DNA from: Sinorhizobium meliloti
GTDB taxonomy: Bacteria > Pseudomonadota > Alphaproteobacteria > Rhizobiales > Rhizobiaceae
Direction of reading: 5' to 3'
Assembly (NCBI RefSeq): GCF_017876815.1
Contig: NZ_JAGIOS010000001.1
Span: forward strand, 1,620,001-1,652,000
DNA: 32,000 bases
Of this stretch, positions 1 through 6,770 are shown piece by piece; positions within the stretch are counted from its first letter, which is position 1, and each line of letters starts with the position of its first letter. The notes beneath the pieces are model-generated. The model had not been told where the DNA came from. It saw only the letters and a program-made list of their open reading frames with translations, and searched no databases. The position numbers and the translations under genes were made by a program.

Positions 1-1018
1 TGCCGGGAAGGTGGAGCGCGCCGACGGCCATGAAGGCGCCGCCGCCCTTCAGGAGGGGCGCGGCGCGATCTGCCATGATCCTGTTGCGATCGATGATGAT
101 GCGCTGCTCGAATTCGGCGTAGCCGGCGTCGTCGGACGACAGCCCGGCGGAGACGAGTTTCATCATCGGCATGATCGTGCCCGTCTCGCCGGAGAGGTAG
201 AGATCGGTGGTCGTCGTCATCACGTCGTCCATCGTCTTGCCGAGAGCAAGCGTTTCGATCAGCGCCTTGAGATGCAACTCGACCGGCAGCGAATCCATCG
301 CCGATAGCTGCTCGACCAGCGTTTCGAGCCCCTTGAGCGTCTTGCCCTCCTTCACCGCGTCCTCGGCGAGCTTCTTGTCGAGGAAGGAGGCACCGGCCGC
401 CTTGCGCGAGAATTCGCAGGCCGGCAGGGCCACGAAGCTGGCGATCATCCAGGGCTTCATCTTGGTGACGAGCGGCAGGGGGATGCCGCGCGCCTTGAGG
501 CCGTTTTCGAGAAGCGCGCGGTCCTCCGGCTTCAGGAAGTCGTTGATCGTCTTGTCGCCGGTGAACATGGTCAGTTCGGGCTGCATCATGATCGCAGCGG
601 TTGCCCTGTTCTGGTCGACGATCTCGTCGGACTCGACGATCACGGTCTCAGCCCTTGCGAAGGCTTCCGTCGCGCCGCCGGGCATCGCCAGTACGCGAGG
701 ATCGGTGACATGCATGGTGCCGAGCAGGAAGGAGGGCGCCTGTCCGTGGCCTTCGATTTTCCAAAGCAGGCCCTTTCCGTTGGGCACCGCCGCCGCTTCC
801 GCGCGCAGCGCCGCCAGGCGGGCCGGGTCCGAGAGTTCGAGGCCGGTCAAGATGTTGCTGCCGGCGCAATCGACTTCTTCCGCGCGTGCATCCGACACAT
901 AAAGCAGGGCGGCAAGGAGGCTTGCTGCCGTCAGTGCATTCAACATCGCGATCAGCCACAGCAGGCCGTCTGCCGCCTTGGCCGCCAGATCGCGGACCGG
1001 TCCGGTGAAAGTGTTCAT
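1..1018 (-). CDS. TraB/GumN family protein. The 3' end is cut by the window edge, and it is absent from the supplied ORF track because no stop lies inside the window.
   Basis: I translated the minus strand by hand from the ATG at 1018..1016. It reads MNTFTGPVRDLAAKAADGLLWLIAMLNALTAASLLAALLYVSDARAEEVDCAG..., with an N-terminal hydrophobic signal/anchor. Further on come GLLWKIEGHGQAPSFLLGTMHVTDPRV and, at the window edge, GGGAFMAVGALHLPG. GTxH and GALHLxG are hallmark motifs of the TraB/GumN family. The frame is open for all 339 codons. Confidence 0.75.
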   Translation of the reverse strand, partial: MNTFTGPVRDLAAKAADGLLWLIAMLNALTAASLLAALLYVSDARAEEVDCAGSNILTGLELSDPARLAALRAEAAAVPNGKGLLWKIEGHGQAPSFLLGTMHVTDPRVLAMPGGATEAFARAETVIVESDEIVDQNRATAAIMMQPELTMFTGDKTINDFLKPEDRALLENGLKARGIPLPLVTKMKPWMIASFVALPACEFSRKAAGASFLDKKLAEDAVKEGKTLKGLETLVEQLSAMDSLPVELHLKALIETLALGKTMDDVMTTTTDLYLSGETGTIMPMMKLVSAGLSSDDAGYAEFEQRIIIDRNRIMADRAAPLLKGGGAFMAVGALHLPG

Positions 1019-1029
1019 GGGTGCCCCCC

Positions 1030-1140
1030 GCATTTAGAGCATGTCAGCGATTCATTGAAACGCAGATGCGCTCTAACTCTTTGAAGCTGCGCACTTCCGG
1101 ACGGAAAACCGCTGCACACTTTTCCTGGAAGCGCTCTGGC
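1030..1140. repeat. Structured intergenic element with two imperfect stem-loops, resembling a conserved rhizobial intergenic repeat family
   Basis: ttagagc (1034-1040) pairs with gctctaa (1070-1076). ggaaaa (1103-1108) pairs with ttttcc (1120-1125), flanked by cttccgg / cctggaag. The strings gctctaactctttga and ggaaaaccgctgcacacttttcc match, from memory, a motif present in many Rhizobiaceae intergenic regions. Only one copy lies in this window, so repeat status cannot be shown here. Confidence 0.3.
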
Positions 1141-1196
1141 GGAACCCTACTCCCCCGCGGTCACGGGTTCCTTAACGCGCTTGGTTAACCGTCAAG

Positions 1197-1244
1197 CACG
1201 TCGGATTTTGGGCACGTCGGATTTTGGGCGCGTCGGATTTTAGG
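1197..1244. repeat. Tandem direct repeat, 3 x 16 bp (cacgtcggattttggg)
   Basis: Copies at 1197-1212 and 1213-1228 are identical. The copy at 1229-1244 (cgcgtcggattttagg) has two mismatches and contains the xerC stop codon (TAA, complement of 1240-1242). Confidence 0.85.
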
Positions 1245-2232
1245 CGCGCGGGTGGGCACGGTCGTAGATTTCCAGGAGCCGCGCCGAATCGACGCCGGTA
1301 TAGACCTGCGTCGTCGACAGGCTGGCATGGCCGAGCAGTTCCTGGATGGTGCGGAGATCCCCTCCGCCTGCCAGAAGATGCGTCGCGAAAGAGTGGCGCA
1401 GCGCGTGCGGCGTCGCCGAATCCGGCAGGCCGAGTGCGGCGCGCAGCTTCTGCATCTCGCGCTGGATGATCGCCGGCTGGAGCTTCGCGCCGCGAGCGCC
1501 GCGGAAAATCGGCTCTTCGGGCTCGATATGGTAGGGGCAGAGCTTCCGATAGGTCTCGACCGCTTCCGCGGCGGCCGCGATCATCGGCACGATCCGTGTC
1601 TTGCCGCCCTTTCCGGTGACCCTGAGCGACGTGACCGGTCCTGAGAAATCGGCAGGGGTCAGGTCCAGCGCCTCCGCTATCCGCAGGCCGCAGCCATAGA
1701 GCAATGTCAGCACTGCGGCGTTGCGCGCCGCGATCCAGGGTTCCTCGGCCAGTTGCGCGTCCGCCGTGACGACCTTCAGGGCCTCCCGGTCGGTCAATGC
1801 CTTGGGGAGGGACTTCGGCTGCTTCGGGGACCGAACCGCCCCTGCGCCCGCCGCATTGGCGAGCCCGTTTCTCTCGAGATAGCGCAGGAAGGAACGCAGA
1901 CCTGCCAGCCCGCGGCCGAGCGTGCGCGCGCCGGCCCCGCCCTTGCGGCGCTGCGCCAGGAAGCCGCGCAGATCCGCGGGACGCAGGGCGCAAATATCCG
2001 AGAGCCGCGGCGGCCCCGCGAGGTGCCCGGTCAGGAACGTCAGGAACTGCCGCGTGTCGCGCTCATAGGCGTCGACCGTCTTTTCGGACAACCGGCGTTC
2101 CTCGGCGAGGCTCGCAAGCCAGCGCCTTCGTTCCGCCATCACTTCCGGATGGCCTATCGCAAGAAGTTCGTTCATCATCGGGCCCGGCGGTTTCATCAGC
2201 GCGGTGAGCTCGCTGATCCAGGCTCGGAGCAT
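1240..2232 (-). CDS. xerC: Tyrosine site-specific recombinase, XerC-type
   Basis: The C-terminal catalytic block reads LRHSFATHLLAGGGDLRTIQELLGHASLSTTQVYTGV...YDRAHPRA. The N-terminal core-binding segment reads LSEKTVDAYERDTRQFLTFL. Position next to priA/atp matches my memory of rhizobial xerC, but XerC versus XerD is not certain from motifs alone. Several in-frame Met codons (MKPPGPMMNELL) make the exact start uncertain. Confidence 0.85.
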   Translation of the reverse strand: MLRAWISELTALMKPPGPMMNELLAIGHPEVMAERRRWLASLAEERRLSEKTVDAYERDTRQFLTFLTGHLAGPPRLSDICALRPADLRGFLAQRRKGGAGARTLGRGLAGLRSFLRYLERNGLANAAGAGAVRSPKQPKSLPKALTDREALKVVTADAQLAEEPWIAARNAAVLTLLYGCGLRIAEALDLTPADFSGPVTSLRVTGKGGKTRIVPMIAAAAEAVETYRKLCPYHIEPEEPIFRGARGAKLQPAIIQREMQKLRAALGLPDSATPHALRHSFATHLLAGGGDLRTIQELLGHASLSTTQVYTGVDSARLLEIYDRAHPRA

Positions 2233-2352
2233 CGCATCGGGCGTGTTATGTTTTTGCTAACGTGCTGAAGTTTGCTGCGGCGGCCCCTTGGAATTTGTCA
2301 TTGTTCGATCATATTGAACTGCAATGTTCGGCCAGCAACAGCGGATGGGACA

Positions 2353-3276
2353 ATGTCGAGACGTGATTCGGCGAGCGCTCTGGCGCATTTTGCAGAGGCG
2401 GTTGCGCTGGTCTCGCAAGGGCGTCCCGGCCATATCGTCGATACGCTGATAGCGGAGCGCGGCCAGAAGATCGTCCGCCATCCCCTGTGGCCTGCAATGC
2501 GGCCCTTTCTCTACACGCTGCTCAACTACCGCAAGGCGATCGAGTTCGCCAATGCCGTCGCCAATATGCCGGGCTTCCAGGCCTTCGAGCATCTGAGTTC
2601 GCTTCTCGATCTCGAGATCCGCGCCGACAAGCCGGAGCGTATTCCCGAGAAGGGCGGGTTCCTGCTCGTCAGCAACCACCCGACGGGGATCGCCGACGGC
2701 ATCGCCGTCTTCGATCTCCTGAAGAGCCGGCGGCCGGACATGATGTTCTTTGCGAACCGCGACGCGATCCGCGTCAATCCGCGTTTCGTCGAGATGGTCA
2801 TCCCGGTCGAATGGCGGGAGGAGTACAAGTCGAAGCTGAAGGCGCGCGAAACGCTGCAGGTCACGAACAGGGCAATCGAGGAGGGCAAGGCGACCGTGCT
2901 CTTCCCCTCCGGCCGCATCGCCTATTGGGCCGAGGGACGCCTCAACGAGCGTCCCTGGAAGAGCTCGGCGGTCGGCTTCGCACGCAAATACGGCCTGCCG
3001 ATCCTGCCGGTGCATATGAGCGCGCGCAATTCCGGCCTCTTCTACTGGTTCGCCAAATGGTCGACGGAACTGCGCGACATGACGGTGTTCCACGAACTCC
3101 TGAACAAGAAGGGCGACCGCTTCGACTTCCGGATCGGCAATCTCATTCCGGCGGACGCGCTCGACGGCGATCCGATGGAAGTGACACGTGCGCTGGAACG
3201 TCATACGGTACACGCACTGGCTGCCGACAGCGACGCGGCGTTCGAGCTGTCTGCCAGGGCGGTTGTAGCGGGCTAA
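2353..3276 (+). CDS. Lysophospholipid (PlsC-like) acyltransferase family protein
   Basis: It carries the HX4D acyltransferase motif in LLVSNHPTGIADGIAVFD and a second block, VLFPSGRIAYW, resembling the FPEGTR block. I prefer the internal ATG at 2353 (MSRRDSASALAHF, preceded by ggatggga). The track ORF starts at 2272, only 40 bp from the xerC start, and has an odd Cys/Ile-rich leader. The stop is 10 bp before the next gene. Confidence 0.7.
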   Translation: MSRRDSASALAHFAEAVALVSQGRPGHIVDTLIAERGQKIVRHPLWPAMRPFLYTLLNYRKAIEFANAVANMPGFQAFEHLSSLLDLEIRADKPERIPEKGGFLLVSNHPTGIADGIAVFDLLKSRRPDMMFFANRDAIRVNPRFVEMVIPVEWREEYKSKLKARETLQVTNRAIEEGKATVLFPSGRIAYWAEGRLNERPWKSSAVGFARKYGLPILPVHMSARNSGLFYWFAKWSTELRDMTVFHELLNKKGDRFDFRIGNLIPADALDGDPMEVTRALERHTVHALAADSDAAFELSARAVVAG

Positions 3277-3285
3277 GCCGTCACC

Positions 3286-4422
3286 ATGATGCTTCGCTCG
3301 ATGTTCGCCGAGAACTACCGGTCGCTGCGCTCGATCCGTATGGATTTGGCCGGCGTCAATCTGTTCATCGGAGAGAACGGCGTCGGGAAGTCCAACCTCT
3401 ATCGTGCCCTGCAGCTGGTTCAGGCTGCCGTGCGAGGCCATCTCGCCCGCGAGATCGCCGAAGAAGGCGGCATGGTGTCCGCTATCTGGAGCGGCCCGCA
3501 ACGCGTCGGCAAGCCGGCGCGTATTCGCCTGGACGCCGAACTGATCGACGAGGAGCGAGCGATCACCTTCCGCTACCGGATCGAGGCGGGGTTCCGCCCG
3601 CCAAAAGCGGCGGCGGGTTTCGCTCATGAGCCGCAGGTCAAGGAGGAGGAGCTCACGATCGAGACGGGCCGGCGCCCGGTTCCGGTGATGAAGCGTATCG
3701 GCCCCGGTATCTTCGTGCGCGGAGAGGGTGGCCGGATGGTGGACTATCCGGAACAGGCGATGACATCGGAAACGGCCATTTCGTTGCTCGGCGATGCCGG
3801 CCACTATCCGGAGATCGGGGACTTCCGCCGGGCGGTCGACCAATGGCGGTTCTTTCACGGCTTTCGCACCGACCGCGAATCGCCGCTGCGAATGCCCTGT
3901 CTCGCGATCACCGCGCCGCTGCTGGACGAGACCGGCTTCAACATGGCCGCCGTCTTCGCGACGCTTCGGCACACGAGACAGGATACGGTCGATCTCGATC
4001 GCGCGATTGCCGACGCCTTTGCAGGCGCCCGTCTCGCGGTTCCTGAACCTGGTCAATACGCCGATTTCTCCTTGGTCTTTCCTGACTTTCCGCACCGGTT
4101 GTTTTCGCCCCGCGAGCTTTCGGACGGGCAGATGCGCTTCCTGGCGCTGGCGGCTGCGCTTTTATCCTATCGCCGTCCCAGGTTCATCGCGCTGAACGAA
4201 CCGGAGACCAGTCTTCATCCCGATATGCTGCCGGCCCTGGCCGCCATGGTCGCCAGCGCCGCGCGCGAAAGCCAGATATGGATCGTCACCCATTCCGAAA
4301 GACTGGCGGCACTCGTTCAGGAGCGGTGCGGCGTCCGGCCCCGCCGGGTGATCCGCAGGGACGGGGCCACCTGGATCGAGGGTATGCGGCTTACCGGCAT
4401 GATCGACGAGGAAGACGAATAA
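3286..4422 (+). CDS. ABC/SMC-like AAA ATPase (AAA_21-type predicted ATPase)
   Basis: The N-terminus MLRSMFAENYRSLRSIRMDL is typical of RecF/ABC-like ATPases. Motifs seen are Walker A GENGVGKS, signature-like LSDGQ, Walker B/D-loop RFIALNEPETSLHP and H-loop IVTHSERL. About 240 aa are inserted between Walker A and the signature. Confidence 0.75.
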   Translation: MMLRSMFAENYRSLRSIRMDLAGVNLFIGENGVGKSNLYRALQLVQAAVRGHLAREIAEEGGMVSAIWSGPQRVGKPARIRLDAELIDEERAITFRYRIEAGFRPPKAAAGFAHEPQVKEEELTIETGRRPVPVMKRIGPGIFVRGEGGRMVDYPEQAMTSETAISLLGDAGHYPEIGDFRRAVDQWRFFHGFRTDRESPLRMPCLAITAPLLDETGFNMAAVFATLRHTRQDTVDLDRAIADAFAGARLAVPEPGQYADFSLVFPDFPHRLFSPRELSDGQMRFLALAAALLSYRRPRFIALNEPETSLHPDMLPALAAMVASAARESQIWIVTHSERLAALVQERCGVRPRRVIRRDGATWIEGMRLTGMIDEEDE

Positions 4423-4453
4423 GGACGCCCCTTCATCCGCCGTGCGGACGCCG

Positions 4454-5623
4454 TCAGAAAAGCTTGCGCAAATTCACATAGCCGCCAAACTGATCATAAT
4501 CGTAGATGCCGACATTACTGCTGCGCTTCTCATAGAAGACGCTCACCTCCGGGCGGATACCGTTCCACTCCAGCCGTTCGGCCGACAAGGCTATCTCGGG
4601 CCTTACCGTTGCATCTCTACGCCGGTTGCCCCAGAAGGGGCTGTATTCGGCGAAACGCGTTTGCTTCCAGCTCACTTGCGGCGTCAGCTGTATGTCGGCG
4701 ACACTGAAATTGATGCCGAAATCGACCTTTGTCGAAACATAGCTGTAGTAATCGTTCCGACTGTTGAGCGTTTCTGCCGACAACTTGCCGAACACGGTCG
4801 CGTTTGGCTGGAATGTCCAGTCCCCGAAAACATAGGCTCGGCGGAATGGTCCGGAGACGTCGGCCTCTCGCGAAAACATGTATCCGGCCTGGCCGCCAAG
4901 CCCGGCACCCGCCGTGTCGGAAAGCCGGAAGCGTTTCCACGATTCGATGGTGGGCAGCACATAGGAGTTCGGCCGGGCGATGCCGGTATCGAGGTTCGCT
5001 TGGACGAAGAGGCCGGGCAGGATCGTGATCTGCTTGCCGACTGCAAGCTGAAGATGGCCCGCTCGCAGGTCGTCGTCCTCGAAGAGCCTCGCCGACAGTT
5101 GGAGCTTTGTCAGGTAACCGTTCTGCCAGAGTTTCTCGGCGGAAAACCACGGTTCTATCCCGTAGGAAACTTCTTTCCGGGCCGGCGGTTGATACTCCAG
5201 CGGAATGCCGTTGAAATAGACCGTGCCGCCCTCGCCAACCTTGGACGGGTTGCTGTCCGTAATGATTCTGGCGCCATAACGGATGCGCAGCACGCGCAGT
5301 TCAGCCTGCTCGATAAAGGGAAGAATGTTGCGCCGAACCTTTTGTGGCGTGGCTTTTTCCAGATAGACCTGCCGAAACAATGCAAGCGCACCGGCATTGT
5401 CGCCGGTGCGCAGGAGTAACCGCGCCAGTTCGAGTTTGATACGGGGTGCCGCCGTCTCAGTTACAAGGAGGCGGAGGCTTCGTATCGCGCTGTCCGGCCG
5501 ACCGGCGCCGGCTTCGGCCAGGGCTTGCTTGAACCTGGCGTCGATCTCGGCAGGCGTGGCGGCGACCGAGTTCGTAGCCACGCCTGCGATGAGCATCCCG
5601 GCCATGAACCCGATGCGAATCAT
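4454..5623 (-). CDS. Outer-membrane beta-barrel with N-terminal TPR-like segment. Candidate Slam (surface lipoprotein assembly modifier, DUF560) protein.
   Basis: The signal peptide is MIRIGFMAGMLIAGVATNSVA|A. A helical TPR-like stretch, IKLELARLLLRTGDNAGALALFRQVY, follows. After that come about 300 aa of alternating beta-strand pattern ending in the OMP beta-signal YVNLRKLF. The start ATG overlaps the upstream lipoprotein stop (ATGA at 5620-5623). Confidence 0.6.
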   Translation of the reverse strand: MIRIGFMAGMLIAGVATNSVAATPAEIDARFKQALAEAGAGRPDSAIRSLRLLVTETAAPRIKLELARLLLRTGDNAGALALFRQVYLEKATPQKVRRNILPFIEQAELRVLRIRYGARIITDSNPSKVGEGGTVYFNGIPLEYQPPARKEVSYGIEPWFSAEKLWQNGYLTKLQLSARLFEDDDLRAGHLQLAVGKQITILPGLFVQANLDTGIARPNSYVLPTIESWKRFRLSDTAGAGLGGQAGYMFSREADVSGPFRRAYVFGDWTFQPNATVFGKLSAETLNSRNDYYSYVSTKVDFGINFSVADIQLTPQVSWKQTRFAEYSPFWGNRRRDATVRPEIALSAERLEWNGIRPEVSVFYEKRSSNVGIYDYDQFGGYVNLRKLF

Positions 5624-6510
5624 GGCTGCTTGACGGTGCCGTAGCCGCCAACCATCGTCGCGTTGTTTCCCTTCAAGTCGAAGGTGCCGCCGACTTCTTG
5701 AGCGCCCGATCCGTAGAAGCGGCCGTCTACCGTGCCGGACATCGACTGGTCGGCAGTAGCGATGTTGCCGGAGAGACCGCCGGCTGCGATATCGAGCTTG
5801 CCGGACATGTCGAGGTTGGCAGCCGTGCCGCCCGCTTCGAGCCTGGTGTTGTTGGTCCTGAACCTGGCCGTATTGTCGCCGAAGTCGACATCCAATGCGG
5901 CGTCCGCGCTCATGACGTCATAGCCGACCGTGTCGACGTAGATGCCGCCCGCCGTTCCTTTGAACGTCGCGGTTGAACTGGTGGGAACATCCGCCTTGGC
6001 CGTTTCGCTGCCGAGGCTGAAGGCCCCCAAACGGCCGCCCTTTTCGTCGACCCAGCCGCCATAGGTCTGATAGGCGAACCCGTTCTTTTCCGGATCGGCG
6101 AAACCGATGCTGCCGCTGTCGTCCTCGGCGCTGGCGATCACAAGCTTTCCGTTTTGGGAATAGGCGAGCTCGGAATTGGTGTGGTCCCAGGTTTTCGTCG
6201 TGGTCGCCGTCTTCAAGGTAGTCGAGCTGATGTCGCCACTCGTCGCGTCCCTCGCCAACTCCGCTTCCAAAGGAGCGGAAGCGCCAAACGCGGAGACGGC
6301 ACCGCTTTTCGTAACGGTGGCTTCCCGGCCGTTTCCTTTTAAAGTCGTGGTCTTGCCCGTTTCGAGCGGAAACTTCGTGAAGTTGGTCGTCCCGCCTGGA
6401 ACGCCTGAACCGCCTGGACCGCCTGGACCGCCGGAGCCTCCTCCGCAGCCGGCCAGTGCCAGTGACGCTGCCAACAAAACCGAAAATCTGACTGTAACCG
6501 AAGAAGTCAT
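5620..6510 (-). CDS. Lipoprotein with Gly/Pro tether and C-terminal TbpB/fHbp-like 8-strand barrel signature. Candidate Slam-dependent surface lipoprotein.
   Basis: The preferred start is the ATG at 6510 (MTSSVTVRFSVLLAASLALAGC), preceded by gagggg 7 nt upstream. The track ORF extends to 6618. It has the lipobox LALAG|C and the tether CGGGSGGPGGPGGSGVPGG. The C-terminal pattern is TATFKGTAGG...DVDFGDNTARF...GKLDIAAGGLSGNI...GRFYGSGAQEVGGTFDLKGNNATMVGGYGTVKQP. Confidence 0.65.
   Translation of the reverse strand: MTSSVTVRFSVLLAASLALAGCGGGSGGPGGPGGSGVPGGTTNFTKFPLETGKTTTLKGNGREATVTKSGAVSAFGASAPLEAELARDATSGDISSTTLKTATTTKTWDHTNSELAYSQNGKLVIASAEDDSGSIGFADPEKNGFAYQTYGGWVDEKGGRLGAFSLGSETAKADVPTSSTATFKGTAGGIYVDTVGYDVMSADAALDVDFGDNTARFRTNNTRLEAGGTAANLDMSGKLDIAAGGLSGNIATADQSMSGTVDGRFYGSGAQEVGGTFDLKGNNATMVGGYGTVKQP
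6392..6436. repeat. Imperfect 9-bp tandem repeat (ccgcctgga x5) inside the lipoprotein gene
   Basis: The five units are ccgcctgga, acgcctgaa, ccgcctgga, ccgcctgga and ccgccggag. On the minus strand they encode the (Gly-Gly-Pro/Ser)n tether directly after the lipobox cysteine. Confidence 0.8.
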
Positions 6511-6644
6511 TCCAATGCCCCTCAATGTGTTGCCTATTCCTGTAGTATTACCTCCAATAAAGGAGGCCAAACTGCAATAGAGAATGCCCTTTCCGATCGA
6601 CGCATGCCGAAATTGCACTTTGGTGTTTCTACCGGGCTAATTTG

Positions 6645-6660
6645 TTCTCTCTGGAGAGAA
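6645..6660. promoter_or_regulatory. 16-bp palindrome ttctctc-tg-gagagaa in the AT-richer divergent control region. Candidate operator.
   Basis: Two perfect 7-bp arms are separated by 2 nt. The site lies between the lipoprotein start (6510, minus) and the probable start of the LuxR/hydrolase gene (6771, plus). No binding factor is demonstrated. Confidence 0.3.
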
Positions 6661-6770
6661 ACTTAGCTATACGGACCTTACGGGCGGGTCCTGTTGAGGC
6701 AATCACCCAAATGGGTGAGTGCTTGATTTTGTTGCCGGGCCTATGGGTTGGCAGACACGGGAGGGGCGAA

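Noticed and set aside
207-902. Plus-strand 231-aa ORF (and other ORFs at 11-1084) at the start of the window
   Set aside because: The products are low-complexity and Ser/Ala/Arg-rich with no motifs. They lie antisense to a continuous 339-codon minus-strand frame carrying clear TraB/GumN motifs.
1240-2232. Tyrosine recombinase as a marker of a prophage or integrative island, with the 16-bp repeats as att-like sites
   Set aside because: No tRNA, phage, conjugation or transposase genes are nearby. The protein has the housekeeping XerC/XerD pattern and sits in what I recall as a conserved xerC-priA-atp neighbourhood. The repeats are tandem rather than flanking anything.
2257-4095. 612-aa minus-strand ORF covering the acyltransferase and ATPase genes
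   Set aside because: It is an antisense shadow ORF typical of high-GC DNA. The product is Arg/Asp/Glu/His-rich with no motifs, whereas the plus-strand frames carry HX4D and Walker motifs.
3286-4422. AAA_21-type ATPase as part of a known anti-phage system (Gabija, PARIS, Septu-like)
   Set aside because: No TOPRIM, HNH or other nuclease domain is fused to it, and no such gene is adjacent. The only operon partner is an acyltransferase. I kept it as a low-confidence open question rather than a defence call.
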